Of a stretch of DNA of 64,000 nucleotides, positions 29,876 to 39,933 are shown one piece after another. The position numbers and the translations under genes were made by a program. The notes beneath the pieces are model-generated. The model was not told the DNA's origin. It ran no database searches and saw only the letters and a program-made list of their open reading frames with translations. This DNA is from a bacterium (GTDB taxonomy: Bacteria > Patescibacteriota > Minisyncoccia > Phycocordibacterales > JAKAEA01). Each line of letters begins with the position of its first letter. Positions within the stretch are counted from its first letter, which is position 1. The stretch covers positions 31,882-95,881 of the forward strand of contig JAKAEA010000002.1 of the NCBI GenBank assembly GCA_021818465.1, read 5' to 3'.

Positions 29876-30333
29876 GCACTATCAAGCTGCGATGTACAAT
29901 TGGGGCAACGGTGAGCTTCAAGAGGAATACTGGTACAACACTGGGGACATATTTTCGTGGTAGCAGGCGGTGACACCTTTTTTGTAGTGCCACGATTTCG
30001 CCAATAAGTAATGTGCTTAATCACAAGGAATATAACAAAGGCAATGATAATAAATGAAATGAACGTATTGAGAAAATCACCATACTGCAAAATAGGCGCC
30101 CCGGCCGTTTGCGCAGCAGCTAGTGTTGGATAGGAAACACCATTAAGACTCAAGAAGAGAGTACTGAAATTAACGCTATTGAGTACAATACTGATTGGCG
30201 GGGTTATAATATCTTTAACGAGCGCGTTAACCACACCATTAAAAGCAGTGCCAATCATAATACCGACAGCTAAATCAATGACGCTGCCTTTAGTGGCAAA
30301 TTCTTTAAATTCGTTAAAAAACTTTTTCATCAA
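29872..30333 (-). CDS. mscL: Large-conductance mechanosensitive channel MscL with C-terminal CxxC...CxxC zinc-ribbon extension
   Basis: FKEFATKGSVIDLAVGIMIGTAFNGVVNALVKDIITPP aligns with the E. coli MscL TM1. The extra C-terminal tail is KICPQCCTSIPLEAHRCPNCTSQL. Confidence 0.85.
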   Translation of the reverse strand: MMKKFFNEFKEFATKGSVIDLAVGIMIGTAFNGVVNALVKDIITPPISIVLNSVNFSTLFLSLNGVSYPTLAAAQTAGAPILQYGDFLNTFISFIIIAFVIFLVIKHITYWRNRGTTKKVSPPATTKICPQCCTSIPLEAHRCPNCTSQLDSA

Positions 30334-30575
30334 TTGAGAAAATTGCCCGACAATGGCGCAGCATAGTTGTTAATAAATTGCGGAATAGCCCACACCAGTC
30401 CAATAGCTGGCAAAAGAATAGCGGCAACACTAATGATAACGGTAATGAGAAAATATAGTCGTAGACGATTCACGATTTTAGACAGTACGTCTATTTTGTG
30501 CTCAATAGCAGCGAGACGGGTGACAATGTCGTTTTGCTGTGGATCCATACGCCTATTATACCAGGCGCGCCTCAA
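30330..30575 (-). CDS. Small membrane protein (81 aa), hypothetical
   Basis: 4-nt ATGA overlap with mscL; single TM (LYFLITVIISVAAILLPAIGLVWAI). Confidence 0.4.
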   Translation of the reverse strand: MRRAWYNRRMDPQQNDIVTRLAAIEHKIDVLSKIVNRLRLYFLITVIISVAAILLPAIGLVWAIPQFINNYAAPLSGNFLN

Positions 30576-31311
30576 TCAACATAAAAAGTGGTATTTCCTT
30601 GCGAAGGCGGTCTTCTTCTTTTTGTCGAGGACCGTGTTGGGATTTTTTCGGCGAAATCCACTCTTCTAGGCGCGTAACCACGAAACCAGCAGCGGTGAGT
30701 AATTTGACATAGTATTGCAAAGGCCGATGAAATGAGATGGTTGCTTTTGATTTTTGTTGACCAGGATGAGCAACGATGTCTACCGTTTTTTCCGACAGAT
30801 AATAGTCCACGCGGCGATATTGTTTGTGCGTTGTTGCATCCCAACCCCACGCCGATCCTTGGGGAATGCGAAACGCCGGATGATTGAGGACGAGCTCTAG
30901 ACGACCCGATGGTTTCAATACTCGCGCGCACTCAACGAACGTTTCTTTGACCGACTGAATATTTTGAATGGCGAGCACACACACCGCACTATCTACAGCA
31001 CGATCAGCGAGAGGTAGTTTGTCGGCCGGAGTAACATAGAATTTTGGTTGCGGAGAAATATCGACTGTACTTTTTTGAGCATGCGCAATAAGGGTACTGC
31101 TTGCATCAACCCCCGTAACCAATGCTCCCGCTTGCGCAAGTGCAGCACTCACCACACCAGCACCGCAAGCCAAGTCGAGTACACCACAATCACGCACCGG
31201 ACCAAGAACACGTATAAGATTGGGAATGATGACCGTCTGATGATAACTGCGCGCATCAGCGGAGTAATCAGCGTACCAATCAGCAACCTTCTGCCACGAC
31301 GTATCTTTCAT
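30556..31311 (-). CDS. Class I SAM-dependent methyltransferase
   Basis: VLDLACGAGVVSAALAQAGALVTGVDAS motif I/II. Confidence 0.75.
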   Translation of the reverse strand: MKDTSWQKVADWYADYSADARSYHQTVIIPNLIRVLGPVRDCGVLDLACGAGVVSAALAQAGALVTGVDASSTLIAHAQKSTVDISPQPKFYVTPADKLPLADRAVDSAVCVLAIQNIQSVKETFVECARVLKPSGRLELVLNHPAFRIPQGSAWGWDATTHKQYRRVDYYLSEKTVDIVAHPGQQKSKATISFHRPLQYYVKLLTAAGFVVTRLEEWISPKKSQHGPRQKEEDRLRKEIPLFMLIEARLV

Positions 31312-31574
31312 GATTTAAAAAGTCTGCGGAAAAAACGTTTTAAAAACATGAGTCGCGTTTTAAGGCGAGCGTGGCGTCGATGCAAATCGTGACGTAATGT
31401 TTCGACATCATGAACAACGTTATTTGTTTCAGTCTCAATAGTTTTTGAAATACGAAAAAGAGTACGTACGGAAGCAATTGCATATATAAGTAGAATGAGA
31501 AGCGCGACTGCCAAACAGATAACCACAATAGTGGTAATAAAAAAGAAAATGTCGGCGTGAATGAAACTAGACAT
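31308..31574 (-). CDS. Small membrane protein (88 aa) with basic amphipathic C-terminus, hypothetical
   Basis: N-terminal TM (IFFFITTIVVICLAVALLILLIYAIA), Arg/Lys-rich C-terminus, 4-nt overlap with the methyltransferase gene. Confidence 0.4.
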   Translation of the reverse strand: MSSFIHADIFFFITTIVVICLAVALLILLIYAIASVRTLFRISKTIETETNNVVHDVETLRHDLHRRHARLKTRLMFLKRFFRRLFKS

Positions 31575-31586
31575 AGCGGTATGATA

Positions 31587-32660
31587 TCACGGCTTAGGAA
31601 GCAATGAAATGATAGGTTGACCAGCAGTTACTAATTGACCAATACTGGGGAGCCGCGCCGGCGCAGCCGGCGCGGCAATACTGCCGGCGGCCGGTGCGTG
31701 CAATGTAAGTTTAGCTAATGCCGCCAGTGTAGAACTAGCAACCGATTTAGCACTCGCCAGCGCACGGGCGGCCGCCGCTTCGTGACTAGCTAAATGGTTA
31801 TCGAGCACCACCGCAGAAGACGAAGCCTGCGGCATCTGCGTATCGTAGGTTAGGGCGTCTTGGGCTGAGAGAATACTATAAATAAGTGTATCGATACCTG
31901 TGCGAGCAGTCGCAATTTTTTGTTGCCACAGGTCTAATTGTGCTGTACTTGTAGCAGCACTCGTGCTCGCTTGTTGTTCTAGAAAATGTAAACTTTCTAG
32001 AAACAATTGAATTTCAGCAATGTCAGCAGTGGCATTTTGCGCAGTTGCAATAAGATCTGCCGACGTTGAGGAAGCAGAAACACTATTTTCTAAAGCAACA
32101 AGGTTGTCTACATTAGCAGTTACCGATGTTCGACCCGATTCCGCTGCTGCTGCAGACAGAGCATCGGCAGGAACAAGAAGCACCGGATTAGAACTTGTTG
32201 CGTTAATAAAAAGCGCATTCGTATGAGCCACCGCATTTTGTGTTGTTGTAGCCATGGTGGCAAGAACCGTACGCAATGTCTGACGATCTTTTTTAAAAAG
32301 TGCATTTTGATCGTTCGTAGCCTCACGCATTGCCGTGCGACTAAGTAGATTTTGTTCCGCGGCAACAGCTTGTAATTCTGCTGCTTTTGCTTCTGCAACA
32401 GCAACATTAACCTCAGCTTGTCGTACCGCAGCAGAAAGTGCACTATCGTCGAGACGCGCCACCACATCACCGGCAGCAACAGTGGTACCAATCGGCACCA
32501 CAAATGTTAACCGACCAGGCACGCTAAAATACATATTGAGAGGACGCTCTGCAGAAACAGTGGGGTGATTCCATCCCAACACCACAGCACTCACACCGAC
32601 ACCAACAGCCACGCCAAGTAACATTATTCCTCCTATATACACTATTCGTTGAATACGCAT
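31587..32660 (-). CDS. HlyD-family periplasmic adaptor / membrane-fusion-like protein
   Basis: N-terminal TM, biotin-lipoyl-like hairpins (VPIGTTVAAGDVVARLDD; LVTAGQPIISL) and a long Ala-rich coiled coil. Confidence 0.6.
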   Translation of the reverse strand: MRIQRIVYIGGIMLLGVAVGVGVSAVVLGWNHPTVSAERPLNMYFSVPGRLTFVVPIGTTVAAGDVVARLDDSALSAAVRQAEVNVAVAEAKAAELQAVAAEQNLLSRTAMREATNDQNALFKKDRQTLRTVLATMATTTQNAVAHTNALFINATSSNPVLLVPADALSAAAAESGRTSVTANVDNLVALENSVSASSTSADLIATAQNATADIAEIQLFLESLHFLEQQASTSAATSTAQLDLWQQKIATARTGIDTLIYSILSAQDALTYDTQMPQASSSAVVLDNHLASHEAAAARALASAKSVASSTLAALAKLTLHAPAAGSIAAPAAPARLPSIGQLVTAGQPIISLLPKP

Positions 32661-32905
32661 AATTAGTCAATAAGTTTGGTCCACCAATCAAATGTTAAAA
32701 ATAAAAAGAGGCCTAGAGTTCCATACACGGGCAAAAGCACTATAAACAATATTCTTTTCCAGGTAATTTTCATATTAAAGGGCCATAATACGCCACCAAA
32801 GTGCTTTTTGCAATGAAGCCCTTACAAAGAGATAAAAATTTTTTAAAGCCTAATCCACACTCTTATTTTTAAAAAAATCGACTATTTTGTTAATCTATTT
32901 ACTAT

Positions 32906-33580
32906 ATGCGAATGCTTATTGCGGACGACGATGCTACGGTGCGAGAATCCTTACGACGCGCTTTTGAAGAAGAACGAATTGTGGTTGACATTGCTACCGA
33001 CGGCGAGCGAGCTTCATATTTGGGACGAATCAATGAATACGATATTGCTATTATAGATCTCATTATGCCCAATAAAGACGGCTGCACCGTGTGTAGCGAC
33101 TTGCGCCACCGTGGACGCACCTTCCCCATTCTCGTACTTTCCGTCAATGCCACCACTGAACAGAAAGTGCGACTCTTAAATGTTGGCGCCGATGATTATA
33201 TGACAAAACCATTTTCCTTTCGGGAAATTTCTGCACGTGTTAAAGCCCTCACTCGTCGGCCACAACCGATTGAACCTGACGTCCTAGAAGTCGGCGATTT
33301 GCGCGTAGATACAGCTCAGCAAAAAGTGACTCGCGGTAAACGTGATATTTACCTAACACGTAAAGAATTTTCTCTCTTGGAATTTTTAATGCGGCGACAC
33401 GGACAAGTAATTTCGCGCGGTAGTATTATGGAACATATTTGGAACGCTGACGCAGATCCATTCTCAAACACCATAGAAGCCCACATTCTTAATATTCGAA
33501 AAAAAATTAGTGATACCAAACGTAATCGCCTCGTTCACACTGTTCCTGGTCGCGGTTACAAAGTAGACTGTACATCTTGA
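32906..33580 (+). CDS. OmpR-family response regulator
   Basis: Receiver domain (LIADDD...DLIMPNKDG...KPF) plus winged-helix Trans_reg_C (LTRKEFSLLEFLMRRHGQVISRGSIMEHIW). Confidence 0.9.
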   Translation: MRMLIADDDATVRESLRRAFEEERIVVDIATDGERASYLGRINEYDIAIIDLIMPNKDGCTVCSDLRHRGRTFPILVLSVNATTEQKVRLLNVGADDYMTKPFSFREISARVKALTRRPQPIEPDVLEVGDLRVDTAQQKVTRGKRDIYLTRKEFSLLEFLMRRHGQVISRGSIMEHIWNADADPFSNTIEAHILNIRKKISDTKRNRLVHTVPGRGYKVDCTS

Positions 33581-33583
33581 AAA

Positions 33584-34825
33584 ATGAGACACGACTCCAT
33601 ACTCAGCGTACTTTTGATTTCATTTATTATAGTAATTATTTTCGGTGACAGTTTAGCTATCACGCACTCGGTTTTAGTTGGTTATAGTGGTGTACATTTT
33701 TGGCTACTATCAAGTTTGCTACCTTTAGCCGTTGGATTATTGTGGTTGTCAAAAAGCGGTAAACCGGAACTTGCCGCACACGGTTTTATTTTGACACTTA
33801 TAGCTATAACAACATATGTGAGTTTCATCTGGGGTGCAAATCTTCAACATGCCCTGCTCGGTTCAGTCCTTGTTATTATTATCGCCAACGTGCTTATTGG
33901 TACCACATACAGTGTCATTGTTGCCACTATTATTTCTATCATCACTGTTATTCTTTGGGATTTACAAATTAGAGCAATCATTAAACCGCACTGGTTTTGG
34001 CAATACCCGTTACAATTTCATCACGCTACTGATTTTATTATTTTATTTTTTAGTATTACTGCCGTTCTGTGGTTATCCAATAGAGAAACTGAGCGAGTGG
34101 CACATACCGCGCACACGCTCTATCGTTTTGCTAAAGTTGGTAAACTCTCATCTGGTATTTTTCATGATCTTGCTAGTCCCCTTACCGCAGTAACGCTCAG
34201 CATAGAATATCTTAAACACCATCGCGACGATGCCTCTGCAGATCTCGAATCACATATCACGACCGCCCTCCGCGCGACAGATGAAATGCGAATGCTCATT
34301 ACCGCCATCAGTAAAAATCTTCATGGTCAAACTGATACGGTGAGTGTTTTTTCTGTATCTAAAGAAATTGGTGATGCAATAGCTGTATTAGCCTACAAAA
34401 GTCGCTTAGCTGGCGTACACATACAATATCGCAACAGCGATGCTTATTTTCTCCTCGGAAACTCGTTACGTTTTCATCAGGCAATTATTAATGTGTTGGC
34501 AAACGCTATTGATGCATGTGAGCGTAACGAGACAGGAACCACTCGGTTGTGCACGATTACGTGCACTGAAGAATCGAGGACCGTCTGGGTTGTCATTTCA
34601 AATAGTGGTCCAGAAATTCCCGAAGCAATACGACAATATATTTTTGATCCATTCTTTACCACAAAAACAAAAGGATACGGCAACGGCATAGGTCTATCTA
34701 TTACTAAAGAAATTGTAGAAAAAGAATTCGGTGGAAAGGTGCTGGTTGAAAGCACGCCAGCCAGTACAACATTTTATTTAGGATTTCCTAGTACTAAAGA
34801 TATTCGACTTCCCGTTCGAGCGTAA
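33584..34825 (+). CDS. Sensor histidine kinase (multi-TM sensor, HisKA, HATPase_c)
   Basis: Six N-terminal TM helices, H-box HDLASPLTAV, N-box and G-box (GNGIGLSITKEIVE). Confidence 0.85.
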   Translation: MRHDSILSVLLISFIIVIIFGDSLAITHSVLVGYSGVHFWLLSSLLPLAVGLLWLSKSGKPELAAHGFILTLIAITTYVSFIWGANLQHALLGSVLVIIIANVLIGTTYSVIVATIISIITVILWDLQIRAIIKPHWFWQYPLQFHHATDFIILFFSITAVLWLSNRETERVAHTAHTLYRFAKVGKLSSGIFHDLASPLTAVTLSIEYLKHHRDDASADLESHITTALRATDEMRMLITAISKNLHGQTDTVSVFSVSKEIGDAIAVLAYKSRLAGVHIQYRNSDAYFLLGNSLRFHQAIINVLANAIDACERNETGTTRLCTITCTEESRTVWVVISNSGPEIPEAIRQYIFDPFFTTKTKGYGNGIGLSITKEIVEKEFGGKVLVESTPASTTFYLGFPSTKDIRLPVRA

Positions 34826-35828
34826 TGCCTGTGGCGGCGGCAGTTGCCGCCGCCATGCGCGCGGCGGCAGCGGCAACATCCGCTGCCGCCGCGCCACCAA
34901 AATTAACAAGTACCAACGCCTGTTCACTGTGTGTCCCCACCGCACCCCATCGCTTTCCTTTTAAACCGCAAACTTTATCCAAAAGCCAACCAGCAGGCAC
35001 CTTAATTCGCAACGCCGAATCAGGTTCAGAAAATCCGGGCATATCTGGAAACTGCTTTTTTAATTTTTCAAAAACTGAACTTCCTATAATAGGATTTTTA
35101 AAAAACGAGCCAGCCGTTCCCACCTGCTGAAGATTGGGTAATTTTTTCGCCCGAATTTCTAATACCGCCGTTCGCACATGATGTGGTGTCACTGTAGCTA
35201 CTGCGATATGTTCTTTTGCAAAGTATGCGTGTACATCCGGGTAGTCTGCTGCTACTATCGGTTTTCGATGCAATTGAAATGTTGCTCGCACTACCACGAG
35301 TTTTTTTCCATCTGCTGTCTTAAAAAAACTAGAGCGATACCCGAAGCGACATTCGTCGGCTGTTAATTGCCGCATTTTTTCACCATCAATAACTTCAACT
35401 GAGACGAGCGTGTCACACACTTCTCGTCCGTAGGCACCAACATTACCCACAACTGCACCGCCAACTGTTCCGGGAATTCCCGAAAGATTTTCTAACCCAA
35501 AAAGTTTGTGTGCTATCGTCCACGCCACAAAATCATCCCATATAACACCAGCGCCTACAGTCACGCATTCACCAACACTACGTATACCGCCGATGGCCAT
35601 TTTTGCCACTAATCCCGAAAAACCAGCATCTGCAAAAAGCATATTAGAACCGCCGCCGAGAACAAAAAACGGCACCCGTAATTCGTCGCTCATTTTTTTT
35701 GCTTCACGTGCTTCTTCAGAAGTTTTAACTACAGTAAAAAATTGCGCTGGGCCACCAATACGAAAAGTGCCATGCGCAGCAAGTGGAATATGTTCTTGCA
35801 CCTCAATCATTACCTCATAATACCTCAC
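34794..35828 (-). CDS. murB: UDP-N-acetylenolpyruvoylglucosamine reductase MurB
   Basis: FAD-binding N-domain (GTFRIGGPAQFF...FVLGGGSN) and MurB C-domain. Ala-rich C-terminal tail. The 3' end overlaps the convergent HK gene by 32 nt. Confidence 0.85.
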   Translation of the reverse strand: MRYYEVMIEVQEHIPLAAHGTFRIGGPAQFFTVVKTSEEAREAKKMSDELRVPFFVLGGGSNMLFADAGFSGLVAKMAIGGIRSVGECVTVGAGVIWDDFVAWTIAHKLFGLENLSGIPGTVGGAVVGNVGAYGREVCDTLVSVEVIDGEKMRQLTADECRFGYRSSFFKTADGKKLVVVRATFQLHRKPIVAADYPDVHAYFAKEHIAVATVTPHHVRTAVLEIRAKKLPNLQQVGTAGSFFKNPIIGSSVFEKLKKQFPDMPGFSEPDSALRIKVPAGWLLDKVCGLKGKRWGAVGTHSEQALVLVNFGGAAAADVAAAAARMAAATAAATGITLEREVEYL

Positions 35829-35950
35829 CTGCGATTATGTCCAAAATTGGTTGACGGGGCTAGCTCCAAAACAATGTAGTATGTGAGTGCGACCGTCAAC
35901 CAATTCTGCACGTAATCTTCTGACAAAAGTATACCATACGGCCATCACGT

Positions 35951-35976
35951 AAAAAACCTGCCGAAGCAGGTTTTTT
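35951..35976. terminator. Bidirectional rho-independent terminator
   Basis: AAAAAACCTGC-CGAA-GCAGGTTTTTT: perfect 5-bp GC-rich stem flanked by an A6 run and a T6 run. Lies 3' of the 36060..38558 gene. Confidence 0.6.
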
Positions 35977-36059
35977 ACGCTACATTGAGAGATGCCAGAG
36001 CCAAAACTCTTACACTCACGCATAGTAGTATAGCACAAGCTACTTAATTGTCAATAAAC

Positions 36060-38558
36060 CTACGCTACCTTTCCTTGTTGGATAGCTTGAATGTATTGCT
36101 CTACTTGTGATTTTGCTTGTGGATCTAATGTCTCTACTTTCTTAAGTGTTGCAATAGCATCAACACTATCTTTGACTAATAAGTATGCCCCGGCCAAAGA
36201 AACATAATTATTAACATTTGTAGGATCAATTGCCACCCGTTCTTGCCACATTTTCAGTACCGCCTTGTAATCCCCAATAAAATAGTAGGCGTGCAAAATT
36301 GCATCATTCGTCGCGAGCGTCGTTGTCGACACCGCCGGCGCTTGGAGAATCTGGTTAGCGAGTGTTTCATTTTTGTTGTAAATGGCGGCGGCAGCATACA
36401 GTAATTGTGCGGCTTGATCTTTTGTATCTAATTCATAAGCAGTTCGTAAGGTTTTCAGTGCGTTCACAAAATCCTCCTCGCCAATATACACTGAAGCAAT
36501 TTCAAAGAGAATGGTTTGTTTATCAGGAGATAGTTGCTGTGCTTTTTGGAGAAGCGGTAACGCCACCTGATACTGACCAGCGCTGGCAAGTACCGAACCA
36601 GGTAATAGATAGTAGCGTGCATCATACGGCGTGCGAGAAATTTGAATATTCGCCTGCTGCTCAACAAATGCGATGAGTTTATTTTCTTCAGTGACAAGAC
36701 CAGGGTCAGGTTGACCAGTGCCACTTTGCTGAGCAGAGTTAGCGACTTGCGTGGAAAGTTGATCAAGCGCGCCAAAAAGCTGTTCACGAATTTCCGGATC
36801 ACCAAAGGTACGCCAGGAGAGCGCCTGTTGATAGGCGGCAATGGTTTCCTCAACGGTCGGCTGGGTAGATGGATTAATAGCAGCAATCAAATCAACGTTA
36901 GCCATTATGGGCTTCACATTAACAAAGTACAGCAGCAGCACGAGCGCCACAGCGGTAATCGGTACAATAACCCGATTAGGTTGATAGCTAGCAGATGCTG
37001 TTTCAAGCACTTTTGTATCAGCGTCTACAGACATTGTCCGACGAGTATAGACATACGCCGCGATACTAACATAGAAAAGATAGCTTGCTATATTATCAAA
37101 CACAAAAAAGTTATTGATAAAGTAGCCAGCAAGCATGCCAGTTAATACTGATTTTTCCGCAACTGAAAAAGGATTATCACCCGCAATGCCGCCAAGACGT
37201 TTAAGATATCTTAAACTACGCCACCCCCGAGCGGTGTCAGTATCTTCAAGCAATGTGTAGTCGCGTTTCCCCACCCAGATATACCAGATGATCGACGCAA
37301 AGAGGGCGATATACGAAAGGAAGCCGAGCGCACCACCAGTGACGAGCCAATCAAAAATAATATTGTGAGCGCGATCAAACCACTGCTCGTCGGCATACAA
37401 CCGAGGATCGTAAAATTTATTAAAGACGTAGTTAAAACTTTCTTGACCCCAACCAAGTATCGGCCGCTCCAAGAAACCTTGCCAGGCCATACCCCACAAA
37501 ATGAGACGCGACTGAGTTGTAGTATTGTGAATTGAAATATCAGCAAAGCGTTTCAACGTGCCGTTATCCTTCATAAGGCTGGTATTTTTCAGACCAAAGA
37601 AAAGTATCAGTATAGCGACCATACCAATCACAATCCCCCAGCCTGTGCGACGCAACCAGCGGCGATCACGTTCAAAAATTCCTATGAGCAGTGCTACCAA
37701 ACCTAAGCCACCCAAAAAACCGAGAATGGCGCCGCGTGTTTCTGTTTCAAAAACTACCCAGAAGTCTAACAGGAACAGTAGAGCGTACAACCAATAGCCG
37801 CGCTCAAAGAGAGCAGAAAAAAGTAAGAGTAAGTCGCCAATAATAAGACCCGCGACGGTCCAAAACACTGCTGCCGGCAACATCGTCGAATTCACCGCTG
37901 TCGCTGTTAAATTAGGGGCAATAAAAGCAATGACACCGACGTTGAGACCAAGCGCAACAAACCAATGATTGCGAATGTTGAAATTCCCTTTTCGCCGCAC
38001 CAAGAAAAACAAAACCAAGAAAGCGCTAAAGAGCATGTAGATAGCGAGGTAGGCCGAGTTTCCCAGAGCCGCGTCAATACGTGTATTACCTTGATCAATA
38101 CGTAGCAAGCCGAATGTTTGCAAAAACGAAAAAAGAATCATCGCACCACTCGCGCCAATCCATGTTTGCCAGAGGCGCTCCCACATATCTTTCGTGAGAA
38201 TAGTGCCGGCAACAATACCATAACCAAGTAGATGTGCGAATGTTACCCACCCCTCCATGCGCTCAAAATTTGACCAGAAACTTTTATAGGGGTACTGACT
38301 ATGGAGATCGGCGATAAACATAATTGCCACCACCAACACTGCCGCCCAGCCTAACCAAGAATTTTTCGGACGGAATTTTGTGTTAGTCACCGCCAAAATA
38401 AGCCATGAACCGAAAATGATTTCGGTAATGATTCGGAAGTAAAAACCCTTACCGGTAATAAATGGAAAAAACAGATTATTAGAAACGAGGAGTGGCACGA
38501 AGGCAAGCGCAAACAAGCCGACGATGCACACCCATTGTAAAATACGGTTGAGCTTCAT
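36060..38558 (-). CDS. O-antigen ligase/polymerase-like (Wzy_C-type) polytopic membrane protein fused to C-terminal TPR repeats
   Basis: About 12 TM helices in the N-terminal 470 aa with a large periplasmic loop, then about 350 aa of TPR-like helical repeats. Confidence 0.65.
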   Translation of the reverse strand: MKLNRILQWVCIVGLFALAFVPLLVSNNLFFPFITGKGFYFRIITEIIFGSWLILAVTNTKFRPKNSWLGWAAVLVVAIMFIADLHSQYPYKSFWSNFERMEGWVTFAHLLGYGIVAGTILTKDMWERLWQTWIGASGAMILFSFLQTFGLLRIDQGNTRIDAALGNSAYLAIYMLFSAFLVLFFLVRRKGNFNIRNHWFVALGLNVGVIAFIAPNLTATAVNSTMLPAAVFWTVAGLIIGDLLLLFSALFERGYWLYALLFLLDFWVVFETETRGAILGFLGGLGLVALLIGIFERDRRWLRRTGWGIVIGMVAILILFFGLKNTSLMKDNGTLKRFADISIHNTTTQSRLILWGMAWQGFLERPILGWGQESFNYVFNKFYDPRLYADEQWFDRAHNIIFDWLVTGGALGFLSYIALFASIIWYIWVGKRDYTLLEDTDTARGWRSLRYLKRLGGIAGDNPFSVAEKSVLTGMLAGYFINNFFVFDNIASYLFYVSIAAYVYTRRTMSVDADTKVLETASASYQPNRVIVPITAVALVLLLYFVNVKPIMANVDLIAAINPSTQPTVEETIAAYQQALSWRTFGDPEIREQLFGALDQLSTQVANSAQQSGTGQPDPGLVTEENKLIAFVEQQANIQISRTPYDARYYLLPGSVLASAGQYQVALPLLQKAQQLSPDKQTILFEIASVYIGEEDFVNALKTLRTAYELDTKDQAAQLLYAAAAIYNKNETLANQILQAPAVSTTTLATNDAILHAYYFIGDYKAVLKMWQERVAIDPTNVNNYVSLAGAYLLVKDSVDAIATLKKVETLDPQAKSQVEQYIQAIQQGKVA

Positions 38559-38649
38559 AGTGGTGGTTGATAATTAATACGTCTTTCAATACTACCACAG
38601 AGATTTTTTCGCGCTAGCGGTTACTACTTGCTCATGCTACCATTTTTGC

Positions 38650-39933
38650 ATGTTTTCTGAGCTACGAAACCGCACGTATCGTTTTTTGCGCTGGAGCGAG
38701 CGTTATACAAAAATGGACATGATCTACTTGACATCTGGAAGTTTTTGGGCCGTATTTGGACAATTCTCTGCAGCCATTATTGCCTTTGGACTAGCAATTG
38801 CCGTAGCGCGTTTCGTATCCAAAGACGTCTACGGTACCTATAAATACGTTTTAGCTATCGTTTCAGTTGTCGCTACCCTTTCGCTAAGTGGCATTGGTCA
38901 GGCCGTCTTTCAATCCATCACTCGCGGCTTCCGTCGCTCGCTCTCCGACGGATTCTGGGCAAATTTACGCTGGAGTTTTTTAGTTTTTATAATCACTCTT
39001 ACTGTTGGTGGATACTACCTTTTCCAAGGCAATCAAACACTTGGTTTGGGTATTTTACTTGGTGGCTGTATAACACCATTTCTTTCCGGCTTTAATTTAT
39101 ACACATCACTCTTCTCTGGTGAAAAAGATTTTCGACGCGCAGCATGGTATGGCGACGTTGTCACCAACATCATTCCCGCACTCACCTTGATAGCGGTTGC
39201 CCTTATTGCTCCCACTGCACTCAATTTGGTTATCGCCTATTTTCTCGCAAACCTTGCTGCTGCTGCATATAGTTATTGGCGCGGCACACGACATTATCGT
39301 TCAACAGCCGATGCTGCACATGATCCTGATCTACTTTCGTATGGCAAACACCTAAGTTTAATGGCCGTCTTAAGTGGCATCGCTGGCAATATTGACCAAC
39401 TGCTACTTTTTCACTTTGGTGGCGCTATTGATCTTGCTATCTATAATTTTGCCATTGCTATTCCTGATCAAGCAAAAGGCCCTCTTAAGCAACTCGATAC
39501 GATGACACAAGCTCGTTTTGTTAATCGAACTACTCATGACATTCATACGAGTTTGCGTAACAAAATGCTGTGGCTCACTGCAACAAGTATTATTACTATA
39601 AGTGTTTACGTTATAGTCGCTCCATTCATCTACCAATTATTTTTCCCTGCGTACAGCATTGCTGCTGCGTATTCTCAAATTTATGCACTATCATTATTCT
39701 CAATGATTATAAGTCCTGCTGCTTCATATCTTTCAGCAAAAAAACGAGTACGAGCTCTGTATGTTAATACTTTCGGCAGTTCCATCTTACATATCGGACT
39801 TATGGTAATTGGTGTAGTTTGGTTTGGTTTATGGGGTTTAATTATTGCTCGCGTTTTCATTCGACTTGGTGGTGCTCTGTTATCACTTGGACTCTATTAC
39901 CGAACGACGCGTCTTGAACGAAAAACAATATGA
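38650..39933 (+). CDS. Polysaccharide biosynthesis protein / oligosaccharide flippase (Wzx, MOP superfamily)
   Basis: 427 aa with about 12-14 TM helices and Wzx-like topology. The stop overlaps the start of the downstream methyltransferase (ATGA). Confidence 0.6.
   Translation: MFSELRNRTYRFLRWSERYTKMDMIYLTSGSFWAVFGQFSAAIIAFGLAIAVARFVSKDVYGTYKYVLAIVSVVATLSLSGIGQAVFQSITRGFRRSLSDGFWANLRWSFLVFIITLTVGGYYLFQGNQTLGLGILLGGCITPFLSGFNLYTSLFSGEKDFRRAAWYGDVVTNIIPALTLIAVALIAPTALNLVIAYFLANLAAAAYSYWRGTRHYRSTADAAHDPDLLSYGKHLSLMAVLSGIAGNIDQLLLFHFGGAIDLAIYNFAIAIPDQAKGPLKQLDTMTQARFVNRTTHDIHTSLRNKMLWLTATSIITISVYVIVAPFIYQLFFPAYSIAAAYSQIYALSLFSMIISPAASYLSAKKRVRALYVNTFGSSILHIGLMVIGVVWFGLWGLIIARVFIRLGGALLSLGLYYRTTRLERKTI

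Noticed and set aside
32661-32905. Divergent intergenic region between the HlyD operon and the two-component system, checked for operator-like repeats
   Set aside because: AT-rich with promoter-like hexamers, but no clear inverted or direct repeat that I could distinguish from background.
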